A stretch of DNA of 64,000 bases from assembly GCA_020056965.1 (NCBI GenBank), contig JAGVGT010000072.1:6197-70196 (forward strand), in the 5' to 3' direction. Every line of letters begins with the position of its first letter. The stretch's first letter is position 1. Of this stretch, positions 34,265-43,779 are shown in pieces. This DNA is from Deltaproteobacteria bacterium (lineage in GTDB: Bacteria; Desulfobacterota; Desulfobulbia; Desulfobulbales; JAGXFP01). Position numbers and translations under genes: made by a program. The notes below the pieces were generated by a model that searched no databases, had not been told where the DNA came from, and saw only the letters and a list, made by a program, of their open reading frames with translations.

Positions 34265-35545
34265 CTACCAGGCTTTCACGACCGGGAGTTCCTTCCAGTT
34301 GGTGGTATAGGCGGGTGACTTTTTGGCCTGCCTGAGCCACCAGGGCCGCGTAAATCCCGCCGCCGCGTAGCGCATGGTATCATGCCCCCAGCGGTGGTTG
34401 ATGTTGTCCAAGGCAGTCATCAGCTCATGGTTCTTCGGTGACTCCGGGGGGACGAAAAGCTCGCCCTGGCCGCAGCTATCCGGTTGCAGATCAGTGAGCA
34501 TTACCCCGACCTTCTGATAGACATAACCCGGTCGGTACAGTTCATTAATCAGCGTCAGCCCCCGGCCGATCAACTCCGCCGTGGTCGAGGTGGCCAGGCT
34601 CAGGTTGACCGCCCGGCTGTCGGCGTATTGGGGCGCGTCCGCCCGGAAGCGGTTGGTGGTGAGAAAAACCTGCAGACAGCCGGTTTTCTGGTGCGAGCCG
34701 CGCAGCTTCGCGGCCGCAATCGTCATGTAGGTGGTCACGGCCTCCCGCAGATCGCCCAGGCTGGTGACCGGCCGGCCGAAGGAGCGGGAGGTGACGATGG
34801 ACTTTCGGGGGGACGGCGCGGCTTCCAGGTCGATGCAGGGCGTGCCGCGCAGTTCCAGCTGGGTCCGCGCCCCGGTGACGGTCAGCATTTTTCGCACCCA
34901 GGCCGGATCGGCGTTTTTCAAATCGAGCCCGGTGCAAATGCCCCGGAGCGCCAGCTTGCGGGTGGATTGGCGGCCGATGCCCCAGATCTCGCCAACCTCG
35001 ATGGTACTCAACAGTTGATCGATATTCCGGCCTGGCAAAATTGCAAAGACCCCGTCATGGGCCGGCTGCTTCTTGGCAATCCGGTTGGCGATCTTGGCCA
35101 GGGTCTTGGTGGGGCCGTAGCCGATGGAGACCGGCAGCCCCACCTGGCGGCGGACGGTGGCCCGGATGGCGCGGCCGTTGGCCTGAATCTGCTCGGGAGA
35201 ACCTTGCGGCAGGCGAAAGAAGGCCTCGTCGATGGAATAGACCTCCACCTCCGGCTCCAGCCGCCCGAGGATATCCATGACCCGCCGGGAGAGGTCGCCG
35301 TAGAGGGCGTAGTTCGAGGAGAAGACCTCGACCTGGTGGGTGTCGAGCAAGCGGCGGCACCTGTGATAGGGCTCACCCATGCCGATGCCGAGCGCCTTGG
35401 CCTCGGCCGAGCGGGCGATCACGCAGCCGTCGTTATTCGAGAGTACCACCAACGGGCGCCCTTCCAGTTCGGGCCTGAAGAGCCGTTCGCAGGAGGCGTA
35501 GAAGTTGTTGCAGTCCAACAGGGCATAGAGTTTGCGGTTGGTCAT
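34265..35545 (-). CDS. umuC: Y-family DNA polymerase V catalytic subunit UmuC
   Basis: 'YALLDCNNFYASCERLFRPEL', 'VVLSNNDGCVIA' and 'YSIDEAF'. Confidence 0.9.
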   Translation of the reverse strand: MTNRKLYALLDCNNFYASCERLFRPELEGRPLVVLSNNDGCVIARSAEAKALGIGMGEPYHRCRRLLDTHQVEVFSSNYALYGDLSRRVMDILGRLEPEVEVYSIDEAFFRLPQGSPEQIQANGRAIRATVRRQVGLPVSIGYGPTKTLAKIANRIAKKQPAHDGVFAILPGRNIDQLLSTIEVGEIWGIGRQSTRKLALRGICTGLDLKNADPAWVRKMLTVTGARTQLELRGTPCIDLEAAPSPRKSIVTSRSFGRPVTSLGDLREAVTTYMTIAAAKLRGSHQKTGCLQVFLTTNRFRADAPQYADSRAVNLSLATSTTAELIGRGLTLINELYRPGYVYQKVGVMLTDLQPDSCGQGELFVPPESPKNHELMTALDNINHRWGHDTMRYAAAGFTRPWWLRQAKKSPAYTTNWKELPVVKAW

Positions 35546-35554
35546 CTTCCCGGC

Positions 35555-36013
35555 CTAAAGTGAGTGGATGACGAAGGTGGCCACCCCCCAGATCTCGCAT
35601 GATTCACCATCGGTGAGCAGACGATCGGGATAGGCCGGGTTTGCGGCGGCCAGACAAAACGACTCGCCGTTGCGAAACAACCGCTTGACGGTCAGTTCGC
35701 CGTTCAAGACCGCGATGACCACCTTGCCGTTGGCCGGCTCCACGGAGCGGTCCACCACCAGGATGTCGTCATGGTTGATACCGGCCCCGGTCATGGAATC
35801 GCCCGCCACCCGCACGAGAAAGGTGGCGGCCGGATGCTTGATCAGCATCTCGTTTAAGTCCAGGTGCTTGTCGAGATGGTCATCGGCCGGCGAGGGGAAG
35901 CCGGCTGAGACCCGGCACAGGAAGAGCGGCAGCGGCAGACCGGCCTTCGGGGCAAAGCCATGGATGGCGCCAATGGTTGCATCGGTTTGCGGGGTGGTGG
36001 AAGGCGTTTTCAT
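35555..36013 (-). CDS. umuD: LexA-like S24 peptidase UmuD
   Basis: 'AGFPSPADD', 'VAGDSMTGAGI' (catalytic Ser) and 'VKRL' (Lys). The start is either ATG 36013 or TTG 36049. Confidence 0.85.
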   Translation of the reverse strand: MKTPSTTPQTDATIGAIHGFAPKAGLPLPLFLCRVSAGFPSPADDHLDKHLDLNEMLIKHPAATFLVRVAGDSMTGAGINHDDILVVDRSVEPANGKVVIAVLNGELTVKRLFRNGESFCLAAANPAYPDRLLTDGESCEIWGVATFVIHSL

Positions 36014-36064
36014 CCCTCCATAAGTACCGGGTGGGTGAGATGCGGACAAGCCTTTTTCGACCGT

Positions 36065-36080
36065 CTGTCGATTCGATCAG
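36065..36080. promoter_or_regulatory. Candidate LexA (SOS) box upstream of umuD
   Basis: 'CTGTcgattcgaTCAG' has one mismatch to the gamma-proteobacterial CTGT-N8-ACAG. The lineage-specific LexA motif is unknown to me. Confidence 0.25.
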
Positions 36081-36194
36081 GCCGTGGGGATTTAAGGCCA
36101 ACCGCTGGACCAGTGGTGCCGGGGGGGCCTTTCTTTCACGCCGCAGGTTGACGGTCCAAGAAAGGCAGCGAGCCGCTGGCCGGTAAACTCTCCA

Positions 36195-36240
36195 AACAAA
36201 CCAAACGCCGGAAGGTTCTCCCGCCGACGTTTGGTTTGTT
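36195..36240 (-). terminator. Hairpin downstream of purC
   Basis: 13-bp perfect arms 'aacaaaccaaacg'/'cgtttggtttgtt'. The 3' arm is U-rich on the minus strand. Confidence 0.45.
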
Positions 36241-36309
36241 GCTGGCCTCCGGCCTATGTTGTTTGCAGTCCAGTTCCGGCGGCCAGCTCCGGCCTTGAAG
36301 GCAATGGTT

Positions 36310-37200
36310 TCACAAACCCTTGCCGGTGATCTTCCCCAACGCCTCGCGGTAACGGCGGCCGGTCTTGTCCAGAATCTCGGCGGGCAGGGGCGGGGGCGGC
36401 GGGGTTTTGTCCCAGGTAAGCGAGGAGAGATAGTCGCGCAGGAACTGCTTGTCGAAGCTGGGCTGGCCGCTGCCCGGCTGATATTGATCCATCGGCCAGA
36501 AGCGCGAAGAGTCCGGGGTCAACACCTCGTCGATCAGGATCAACTCCTCGCCGTCCCAGCCCAGCTCGAACTTGGTGTCGGCAATGATGATCCCCCGGCC
36601 CCGGGCATAGTCGGCCGCCTTCTCGTAGAGCTGGACGCAGACCTCGGCGATTCGCTGGGTGGCCGCCTCGCCCAATAGATCGGACATCTCGGCCAGGGAG
36701 ATATTCTCGTCGTGGGTGCCTAGGGCGGCCTTGGTGGAGGGGGTAAATAAGGTCTGCGGAAACTTCTCCGATTCCTTAAGGCCCGCCGGCAGGGCAAAGC
36801 CGCAGACGGTGGTGTTCTTCTGGTAGGCGCTCCAGAAGGAGCCGGAGATATAGCCGCGGACGATGCACTCCACCGGCAGCGGTTTGGCCTTCTTGACCAG
36901 CATGCTGCGGCCCCGGAGAATCTCGCGGTAGGGGGCGCACACGGTCGGGAAGGCCTCGACGTCGGCGGTGATCAGATGGTTGGGAATGATCTCTTTCAGA
37001 TAGTCGAACCAGAAGAGGGACAGTTTAGTCAACACCTTGCCCTTGTCGGGGATCGGCTCGTTCATCACCACGTCGTAGGCGGAGATCCGGTCGGTGGCCA
37101 CCATCAGGAGCTGGTTGTCGATTTCGTAGAGGTCGCGGACCTTGCCGCGATGGACCAGCTTGAGGTCGGGGAAATTGGTTTGGGTCAGGGCGGTGCTCAT
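36310..37200 (-). CDS. purC: Phosphoribosylaminoimidazole-succinocarboxamide synthase
   Basis: '[10 protein letters not shown]', '[12 protein letters not shown]' and 'IIADTKFE'. Confidence 0.93.
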   Translation of the reverse strand: MSTALTQTNFPDLKLVHRGKVRDLYEIDNQLLMVATDRISAYDVVMNEPIPDKGKVLTKLSLFWFDYLKEIIPNHLITADVEAFPTVCAPYREILRGRSMLVKKAKPLPVECIVRGYISGSFWSAYQKNTTVCGFALPAGLKESEKFPQTLFTPSTKAALGTHDENISLAEMSDLLGEAATQRIAEVCVQLYEKAADYARGRGIIIADTKFELGWDGEELILIDEVLTPDSSRFWPMDQYQPGSGQPSFDKQFLRDYLSSLTWDKTPPPPPLPAEILDKTGRRYREALGKITGKGL

Positions 37201-37323
37201 TATTTTCTCCTTGAAAGGGTTGATTGCTTTATATCCGGCGTGGCCGAAAACCCTGCGGATTTTAACCGGGGCGGCCGAGACGGCGCAACCGCATTTAACG
37301 GGATCCCCGATCGGGAAATTAAT

Positions 37324-39213
37324 TCAGGTGCGGTGGAACCACTTTTTGATCTCTGTGGCCCCAAAGACCCGCACTGTTGGCCGACCGTGCGGGCAGTGGG
37401 AAAATACCTCGTGCCTCTGCATCTCCTTTAAAAGGGCCGCCATTTCCTCGGGCAGCAGGGCATGGTTGGCCTTGACCGCCGCCTTGCAGGCCATCAGCGA
37501 GAGGACATCGTCCAGCCGCCGGAACCCGTCCCCGGTGGCTGCCCCGGAGCCCTCAGCAAAGCTGGCGATAATTCCCCGCAGCACCTCCGCCGGCGGCAGA
37601 TGGGCCAAAAGGGACGGCACCGCCTGGATCAGGCAGGTGGCCCCGCCGAACTCCCGGACCTCAAGGCCCAGGGCGGCGATCTCCGCCTCAGCTTCCTCCA
37701 GGATGGTCAGCTCCCCGGCGGTAAGCTCGACGGTGACCGGGAAAAGCAGCCCTTGGCGAAGGGCGCCGCCTGCCGCCACCTGGCCTCGCAGCCGCTCGAA
37801 GATCAGCCGCTCCTGGGCGGCGTGCTGGTCGATGGCCACCAGGGTGCCCTCGCCCTCGCAGAGGATATAGGAATCAAAAAGCTGACCGATCACTCGCAGT
37901 CCACCGGGCAAACCGACTCCAGTTTGGGGCTCCTCTCGTTCCGGTCCAACGGGGGCGAGCACCCTGGCGATCTCTGGACTCTGGGGCTGCGCCGTGGGCT
38001 CAGCCATCCGCACCCCGGTCTGCCGGGACTGCTGCTGGTAGGCGGCTGGCGTGGCAGGGCGTGGGGAAGCAGCCGGCTCGGGCCGCTGGGGCTGGATCGA
38101 GCCGGAAGACGAAGGTGGCGGGGGTGCCGAGCGGCGCTCCTGCCCGGGTTTGAATCCGGGCAGGGCGGCCCCGAATAAACTTTGGCGCAAGCCGGACTGC
38201 TGGGCCACCATGGCCCCGGCCACCGTGCTGACGATCAGCTGATGGACCAGGTTGGGCCGGTGGAAGCGAACCTCCTGCTTGGTCGGGTGGACATTGACGT
38301 CCACCCCGGTGGGTGGCACGGTCAGGTAGATCACCCCGGTCGGGGCGTGGCCCTTGAGGAGGAAATTGCGTAGCCCCTCGCCGACCGCATGGAACAGGAC
38401 TCGGTCGCGGACCGGCCGGCCGTTGACGAAGACCCGCAACCGCCCGCTCGGACCGCAACGTTCAGGGGCGACCAGGAAGCCCGAAACGTCAATCGCCTCC
38501 GGACCAGGGTCAGGCGAAGAATTTACTTCAACAAGTTCACCGACCGCGCTACCGCCCAGCAGGCGCCGTAATCGCGCGGCCGGATCAGCCCCGGCGGCCT
38601 GCAGCCCCAGCACCTCGCCGCCGTTAACCAGATAGGAGATGGCCAGCCCGGTGCGGACCAGACCGTAGTTTCTTACCATCTCCTCGATATGGGCCAGTTC
38701 GGTGCGGGTTGATTTGAGAAACTTTTTGCGGGCCGGGACATTGCCGAAGAGGTCGCGCACCTCGATCACCGTGCCGAAGGCGCAACCCATCTCGTGGACC
38801 TTGACCACCTTGCCGAACTTGATCTCAACCCGGCTGCCCAGATCGGCCCCGGCCGGCCGCGAAGTGATGGTCAGCCGCGCCACCGAGGCGATGCTGGGCA
38901 ACGCCTCACCCCGGAAGCCCAGGGTGGTGATGGCGTCCAGGTCCTCGGCCCGGGTCAACTTGCTGGTGGCATGGCGCTCCAGGCTCAGGAGGATATCGTC
39001 GCGATCCATGCCACCCCCATCGTCGATCACCCGGATCAGCGAGGTGCCGCCGCCTTCGATTTCCACCGTGAGGCTGGTGGCCCCGGCGTCGATGGCGTTC
39101 TCGACCAATTCCTTGACTACCGAGGCGGGGCGTTCCACCACCTCACCAGCGGCGATCTGATTGGCCAGGTTCTCCGGCAGGATTCGAATGATTGACAAGG
39201 TTAACGGTCCCAC
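37324..39213 (-). CDS. mutL: DNA mismatch repair protein MutL
   Basis: 'IRILPENLANQIAAGEVVERPASVVKELVENAIDAG' is a GHKL N-terminus. The C-terminus has 'QLFDSYIL' and 'CPHGRP'. The start is GTG 39213 or TTG 39198. Confidence 0.92.
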   Translation of the reverse strand: MGPLTLSIIRILPENLANQIAAGEVVERPASVVKELVENAIDAGATSLTVEIEGGGTSLIRVIDDGGGMDRDDILLSLERHATSKLTRAEDLDAITTLGFRGEALPSIASVARLTITSRPAGADLGSRVEIKFGKVVKVHEMGCAFGTVIEVRDLFGNVPARKKFLKSTRTELAHIEEMVRNYGLVRTGLAISYLVNGGEVLGLQAAGADPAARLRRLLGGSAVGELVEVNSSPDPGPEAIDVSGFLVAPERCGPSGRLRVFVNGRPVRDRVLFHAVGEGLRNFLLKGHAPTGVIYLTVPPTGVDVNVHPTKQEVRFHRPNLVHQLIVSTVAGAMVAQQSGLRQSLFGAALPGFKPGQERRSAPPPPSSSGSIQPQRPEPAASPRPATPAAYQQQSRQTGVRMAEPTAQPQSPEIARVLAPVGPEREEPQTGVGLPGGLRVIGQLFDSYILCEGEGTLVAIDQHAAQERLIFERLRGQVAAGGALRQGLLFPVTVELTAGELTILEEAEAEIAALGLEVREFGGATCLIQAVPSLLAHLPPAEVLRGIIASFAEGSGAATGDGFRRLDDVLSLMACKAAVKANHALLPEEMAALLKEMQRHEVFSHCPHGRPTVRVFGATEIKKWFHRT

Positions 39214-39222
39214 AAAGAGATT

Positions 39223-39450
39223 GGGCCACCCTTCGACAGGCTCAGGGCGATAGGAATAACTTATTGCGATTACGAATCACACTCAGACGACAACGCCTAA
39301 AAATTATCCCCCGGCGCAAGGACAGCTAGATAATTCCGAACCTTACGGACCCGGACAAAATCCCCCCTAAGGAGCCACAACATCAAGCCAGGCGAGAACG
39401 GTATATCAAGCAGGTATTCCGTTCACCCTGAGCCTGTCGAAGGGCGGCCC
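39223..39450. repeat. MITE-like element with 28-bp terminal inverted repeats
   Basis: 39223-39250 'gggccacccttcgacaggctcagggcga' matches the reverse complement of 39423-39450 at 26 of 28 positions, including a 19-bp perfect core. The element has no ORF. Confidence 0.65.
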
Positions 39451-39616
39451 AACTGCTTCTCTGAACTCATCCGGCGCAATTCGCAAGCCCATTACGTCCT
39501 ACACACTGCTCAGTAGATACGTCATTTGCATGTTTTGGCGTTTCTATGGGCTTCAGGATCAACCTCTTTCCATACCACCTTGCTGGAACCACTTGCTCCT
39601 TGAGTTGCCAACTTTA

Positions 39617-41014
39617 TTAGATAATCCCATTAATATTGAATCCCATCCAGGAGGGATCCCACCACTCCAGGGGGTTGACAAAGACACCGTTGACCAGGAC
39701 GCCAAAGTGGAGATGGTCGCCACCGGCCATGCCGGTGGTGCCGGTCAGCCCCAGGGTTGATTCCGGAGTCACCTTGTCGCCGACCTTGACCTGAATCTGG
39801 TTCATGTGCGAGTAGAGGGTGAAGACCCCGCAGCCGTGATCGACGATGACGCAGTTGCCGTAGATCCCCAGGTAATCGCCAAAGGCCACCACCCCGCCGC
39901 CGGCCGATTTGATCGGAGCCTGGGCGGTGGAGGCGAGATCGATCCCCAGGTGGACCTGCTGATCGATGCTCTTGCCCTGGTACATGTAGGTGCGATACTC
40001 GGCGTAACCGGCCTTGCGGCTGCCCCGGGCCATGGCTGCAAAGGTGCCGCTCCAGAGCTGCTCCGGCTGGGATTTGGTGCAGACCTCGCGGATTTTGGCG
40101 TTGTTCTCATTGCGAATGCGGCTGTTGACCTCCAAAAACTGCGCCACCGGCGACTTGCCGTTCAACTCCGGATAGTGGCTGGCGAACTCCGGCAACTTGT
40201 TGTTCAGGAAATTGTCGCTGATCTCGATCTTGTCGGACTTGCGCTTGACCTCTTTCAGATACATCGGGAAATGCATCTTGATTTCGTTACCGGCCAGATC
40301 AACAGCCTGAACCTCCAACTGCGCCAGATTGCTGGCGTCATAAGGCAGGGCGAAGACCGCCCCGTAAGTATTCTTGCCTTTCTTGGGCAAGGGGAATCCG
40401 GGGTGGAAGTTGCCGTTGCAGTTGACCCCGTAACGACCGACCTCCTCGTCAAACTGATAGACCACCGACCCGGCCCCGCCGGGGGAGATATAGCGGCCGG
40501 AATTGAGGATCGTCACCTGCGGTGGCTTGGTATCGATGACGGTGGGGATGACCAGTTCGGTAAGATTGCCGCGCTGCCAGCCCCACCAGGAGCAATCGCG
40601 CACCTTGACCACCACCTTAGCCTCGCCGTCAGTGAATTTCAGCTCGAGCGGCGCCACCTTGATCTTCTCCTCACTGCGGGACGGGCCTGAGAGACCCAGC
40701 AGGCCCTGGCGATCATAAGAACGTTCGAAGAGCATGGCTGCCTTGGCGCCCTGCACCAGCTCCACCTCCACCGACCGCAGTCCCCGCCCTTCGTCGCTCA
40801 GGACAAGAGTAAGCTCGCGGCTGCGCCCCAGCCGAGCAAAGTCTTTACCAGACGCAACCTGGGGTCGCCCGATTTCCACGACATACCAGGCGGCCGCCAC
40901 CAGGCCAAGCAGCCCCAACAGCAAAAAAAGCAGCGCCAACGACTTCCCGGTTCCCGAACTCCTGGTTTTCAGCAACGATTCCAAACCTTCACCTATCTTC
41001 TTGAATTTCATCAT
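39617..41014 (-). CDS. M23-family metallopeptidase (membrane anchored)
   Basis: The C-terminus has 'HLGIDLAS', 'VIVDHGCGVFTLYSHM' and 'GGDHLHFGV'. There is an N-terminal TM. I prefer the ATG pair at 41014/41011. Confidence 0.85.
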   Translation of the reverse strand: MMKFKKIGEGLESLLKTRSSGTGKSLALLFLLLGLLGLVAAAWYVVEIGRPQVASGKDFARLGRSRELTLVLSDEGRGLRSVEVELVQGAKAAMLFERSYDRQGLLGLSGPSRSEEKIKVAPLELKFTDGEAKVVVKVRDCSWWGWQRGNLTELVIPTVIDTKPPQVTILNSGRYISPGGAGSVVYQFDEEVGRYGVNCNGNFHPGFPLPKKGKNTYGAVFALPYDASNLAQLEVQAVDLAGNEIKMHFPMYLKEVKRKSDKIEISDNFLNNKLPEFASHYPELNGKSPVAQFLEVNSRIRNENNAKIREVCTKSQPEQLWSGTFAAMARGSRKAGYAEYRTYMYQGKSIDQQVHLGIDLASTAQAPIKSAGGGVVAFGDYLGIYGNCVIVDHGCGVFTLYSHMNQIQVKVGDKVTPESTLGLTGTTGMAGGDHLHFGVLVNGVFVNPLEWWDPSWMGFNINGII

Positions 41015-41164
41015 TAAACGTTTACCCGGCACCCGGTGCCGAAACCGGGCTGAATTTAACACATCGCCCGTCAAAAGGGTAGGGGAGAGCGGTCCGAATT
41101 TCTTGACAGCCTTAGATACCGGCTATAACTTGGCGGGTATGAACTTTCCAGCGACTCAGCACCC

Positions 41165-42181
41165 ATGCAAAAATATCATACCGTCGTAGTCGGAGCCGGA
41201 CCGGGCGGCCTGGCCTGCGCCACGCTCCTGGCCAAGGCCGGCAAAGATGTGCTGGTCCTGGAGCGAAGACGGTGGATCGGGCCGAAGGTCTGCGCCGGCG
41301 GCGTTACCTGGTCCGGCCTCCGTCAGCGACTGCCCGAGTCCCTGATGCAGAAAACCTTTCCCGACCAGCACCTCTTTACCCGCTGGCAGCGGACAGTGAT
41401 CTCGGCCGCCCAACCCCTGGTCTCGACGGTCAACCGGGAGGAACTAGGGCAGTGGCAACTCAAAGAGGCGCTGGGTGCAGGGGTCCGGGTCGAAGCAAAC
41501 CACCCGGTAGGTCGAATCAGCGAGCACAGCCTGGAGGCGGCCGGAAAGGGCTTCTCCTTCCAATACCTGGTCGGGGCCGATGGCAGTTCCTCGACGGTCC
41601 GCCGACACCTCGGTCTGGCGACTCGGCAGGTGGGAGTGGGACTCAACCTCTTCGTTGAAGGCGATTTTCCCCGGATGGAATGGCATCTGGACGACCGATT
41701 ATTCAACAATGGCTACGCCTGGGTTTTTCCCCATCGGGGCTGTGCCTCTATCGGCGCCTATGCCGGGCGACTGGCGGTCGAACCCGGGGTGCTGCGGAAA
41801 AATTTCCTGCTCTGGGCGGCCGGACATGGTATTAATCTCGAATCGGCAAAGATGCAGGCCGGATTGATCAATTATGATTACCAGGGCTGGCGTTTCGGCC
41901 ATCGTTTTCTGGTCGGTGATGCGGCCGGACTGGCTTCGGCCCTTACCGGCGAGGGGATTTTCCCGGCCATCATCTCCGGTGAGGAGGCGGCCCGCACCAT
42001 TCTGGATCCGCTCTACCCTGCCCCGGAAATGGCCCGGCTCCTGGCCCGCCACCACTTGCATCGCCGCCTGGTGGCCTTCACCGGCAGCAGCCTTCTGGCC
42101 TGCCGGTTGACCATGGAGACCCTGGTGGCGGCCCTGCGCGTTGGCGCGGTATCCTTTAATGCCTTGGAAATGGCGGGCTGA
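41165..42181 (+). CDS. FAD-dependent oxidoreductase, geranylgeranyl reductase family
   Basis: 'VVVGAGPGGLACATLLAKAGKDVLVLER' dinucleotide-binding fold and 'GDAAG' near the C-terminus. Confidence 0.75.
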   Translation: MQKYHTVVVGAGPGGLACATLLAKAGKDVLVLERRRWIGPKVCAGGVTWSGLRQRLPESLMQKTFPDQHLFTRWQRTVISAAQPLVSTVNREELGQWQLKEALGAGVRVEANHPVGRISEHSLEAAGKGFSFQYLVGADGSSSTVRRHLGLATRQVGVGLNLFVEGDFPRMEWHLDDRLFNNGYAWVFPHRGCASIGAYAGRLAVEPGVLRKNFLLWAAGHGINLESAKMQAGLINYDYQGWRFGHRFLVGDAAGLASALTGEGIFPAIISGEEAARTILDPLYPAPEMARLLARHHLHRRLVAFTGSSLLACRLTMETLVAALRVGAVSFNALEMAG

Positions 42182-42221
42182 GCTAACGCCCGGTAAATAC
42201 GAATAGATTGGAGGTGTCGAC

Positions 42222-42497
42222 TTGACCGAAAAGAAGAAGGGCCGCAAAATCCTGGTTTACAACCTGCTGTTTCTCGTCGTCGGTGGCGCGATCGTGGCCT
42301 TTCTCCTGAACGCCCCCAAGGAGACCACCCACCGCATGCCGCGCGACGACAACCATCTGCGCTTTTACCAGATGGACAAGAAGGCGGCGGAGAAATTCTG
42401 CGGAGAATGCCACAATCCGACCGGCCAGGCCGGCGCCCTGCCCAAGGACCATCCCTCCAAGTTCCGCTGCCTGCTCTGCCACAAGAAAATCAGCTGA
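42222..42497 (+). CDS. Small membrane-anchored diheme c-type cytochrome
   Basis: GGAGGTG RBS followed by TTG. An N-terminal TM and two CXXCH motifs (CGECH, CLLCH). Confidence 0.6.
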   Translation: MTEKKKGRKILVYNLLFLVVGGAIVAFLLNAPKETTHRMPRDDNHLRFYQMDKKAAEKFCGECHNPTGQAGALPKDHPSKFRCLLCHKKIS

Positions 42498-42500
42498 ACC

Positions 42501-42608
42501 GGTAACTGTCCGGCCGCACCACATCTGCATTGTCATTGGCCTGCTCATGTGCAAAAGCACATTTCGCAGACCTCTTCCTAGCATCTGCGGCGCGGCCGGA
42601 CAGTTACC
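42501..42608. repeat. Long-range perfect 17-bp inverted repeat enclosing 74 nt
   Basis: 'ggtaactgtccggccgc' (42501-42517) pairs with 'gcggccggacagttacc' (42592-42608). An inner hairpin 'atgtgc aaaa gcacat' lies at 42547-42562. Confidence 0.7.
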
Positions 42609-42632
42609 TAAACCCAAACATCCGGCCTTGGC

Positions 42633-43124
42633 ATGAACATCCGCACCCTGCACCTCGACCTGCCCGATCTGGCCGCCACAGTGCGGCTTGGTAGCCGTCT
42701 CGGGGAACTGCTGCAGCAAGGCGACATGATCCTGCTTACCGGCCCGTTGGGCGCCGGCAAGACTACCCTGGCCCAGGCCATCTGCAGGGGCGGCGGGGTG
42801 GCGGATTCCTGCTATATCACCAGTCCCACCTACAACCTGCTGCACGAGTATCCCGGTCGTCTGCCCCTCTACCATCTGGATCTCTACCGGCTCACCTCCG
42901 AGGAAGAAATCGAGGAACTGGGCTTTCTCGATTTTCTTTATGGCCAGGGGGCTACGCTGATTGAGTGGCCGGACCGGCTGGGGCAGCTCAAACCGCTATC
43001 CTGCCTGGACCTGGAGTTGACTTTTGCTGGGGACAAGAGCCGGACCGCAGTGGTGTCCGCAGTCGGTGAACAGTGGCTGGAACGGATGGAGCAGTTGACC
43101 GATTTGGCAGAGGTAACGAGATAA
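42633..43124 (+). CDS. tsaE: tRNA t6A37 biosynthesis ATPase TsaE
   Basis: 'LLTGPLGAGKTTLAQ', 'SPTYNLLHEY' and 'HLDLYRL'. Confidence 0.88.
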   Translation: MNIRTLHLDLPDLAATVRLGSRLGELLQQGDMILLTGPLGAGKTTLAQAICRGGGVADSCYITSPTYNLLHEYPGRLPLYHLDLYRLTSEEEIEELGFLDFLYGQGATLIEWPDRLGQLKPLSCLDLELTFAGDKSRTAVVSAVGEQWLERMEQLTDLAEVTR

Positions 43125-43160
43125 TCTTCAAGAGTGGCAAGACGCCGGTCGGACCTAAGT

Positions 43161-43775
43161 TTACGCCGACACCGCGGCCAGGAGTTCGGAAAAAGGAATG
43201 GCACCGGACCTGATCAAGCGCAATCTCCCGTCCTCCTCGGCGACAATAGTTGAACCCAGCCCGCCTGAAGCTTGGCCGCCATCGAGGATGCCCGCCAGAC
43301 CGGTTGGGAAATACGCCAGGGCCTCAGCGGCAGTGCTGGCCGCCGGGGCACCGCCCGGGTTGGCGCTGGTGCCGGTGATCACCCCGCCGGCCGCCGCCGC
43401 CAACCGACAGGCCAGGGGCTGAGAGGAAAGCCGGATCCCGATGGTGCCGCGCCTGTCGGTCAACAATTCCGGCAGCCCCTGACGACCCGGGAAAATCAAG
43501 GTCAAGGGACCGGGCCAGAACCTTGCCATCAGCACCTCATAAAGCGGCGGTATCTCCAGGACCAGCTCCCGGAGTCGGGCCGTTTCGTCGATCAGCACCA
43601 GGACCGGCTTCTCGGGGGGGCGCTGCTTGAGGGCGAAGAGTTTAGCCAGTGCCTCTTGGACAAAGGGATTTACCGCCAGACCGTAGAAGGTCTCGGTGGG
43701 GAAGGCCACTACCCCGCCCCGGGCCAGTTCTCGGACCAACCGGGCCATCTCGGCTGCTTCTGGTTTTATTGGCAT
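43161..43775 (-). CDS. tsaC: L-threonylcarbamoyladenylate synthase (YrdC/TsaC type)
   Basis: Start at ATG 43775. Motifs 'GGVVAFPTETFYGLA', 'KQRPPEKPVLVL' and 'GTSANPGG'. I reject the longer ORF in the track because it overlaps purE. Confidence 0.85.
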   Translation of the reverse strand: MPIKPEAAEMARLVRELARGGVVAFPTETFYGLAVNPFVQEALAKLFALKQRPPEKPVLVLIDETARLRELVLEIPPLYEVLMARFWPGPLTLIFPGRQGLPELLTDRRGTIGIRLSSQPLACRLAAAAGGVITGTSANPGGAPAASTAAEALAYFPTGLAGILDGGQASGGLGSTIVAEEDGRLRLIRSGAIPFSELLAAVSA

Positions 43776-43779
43776 GTAA

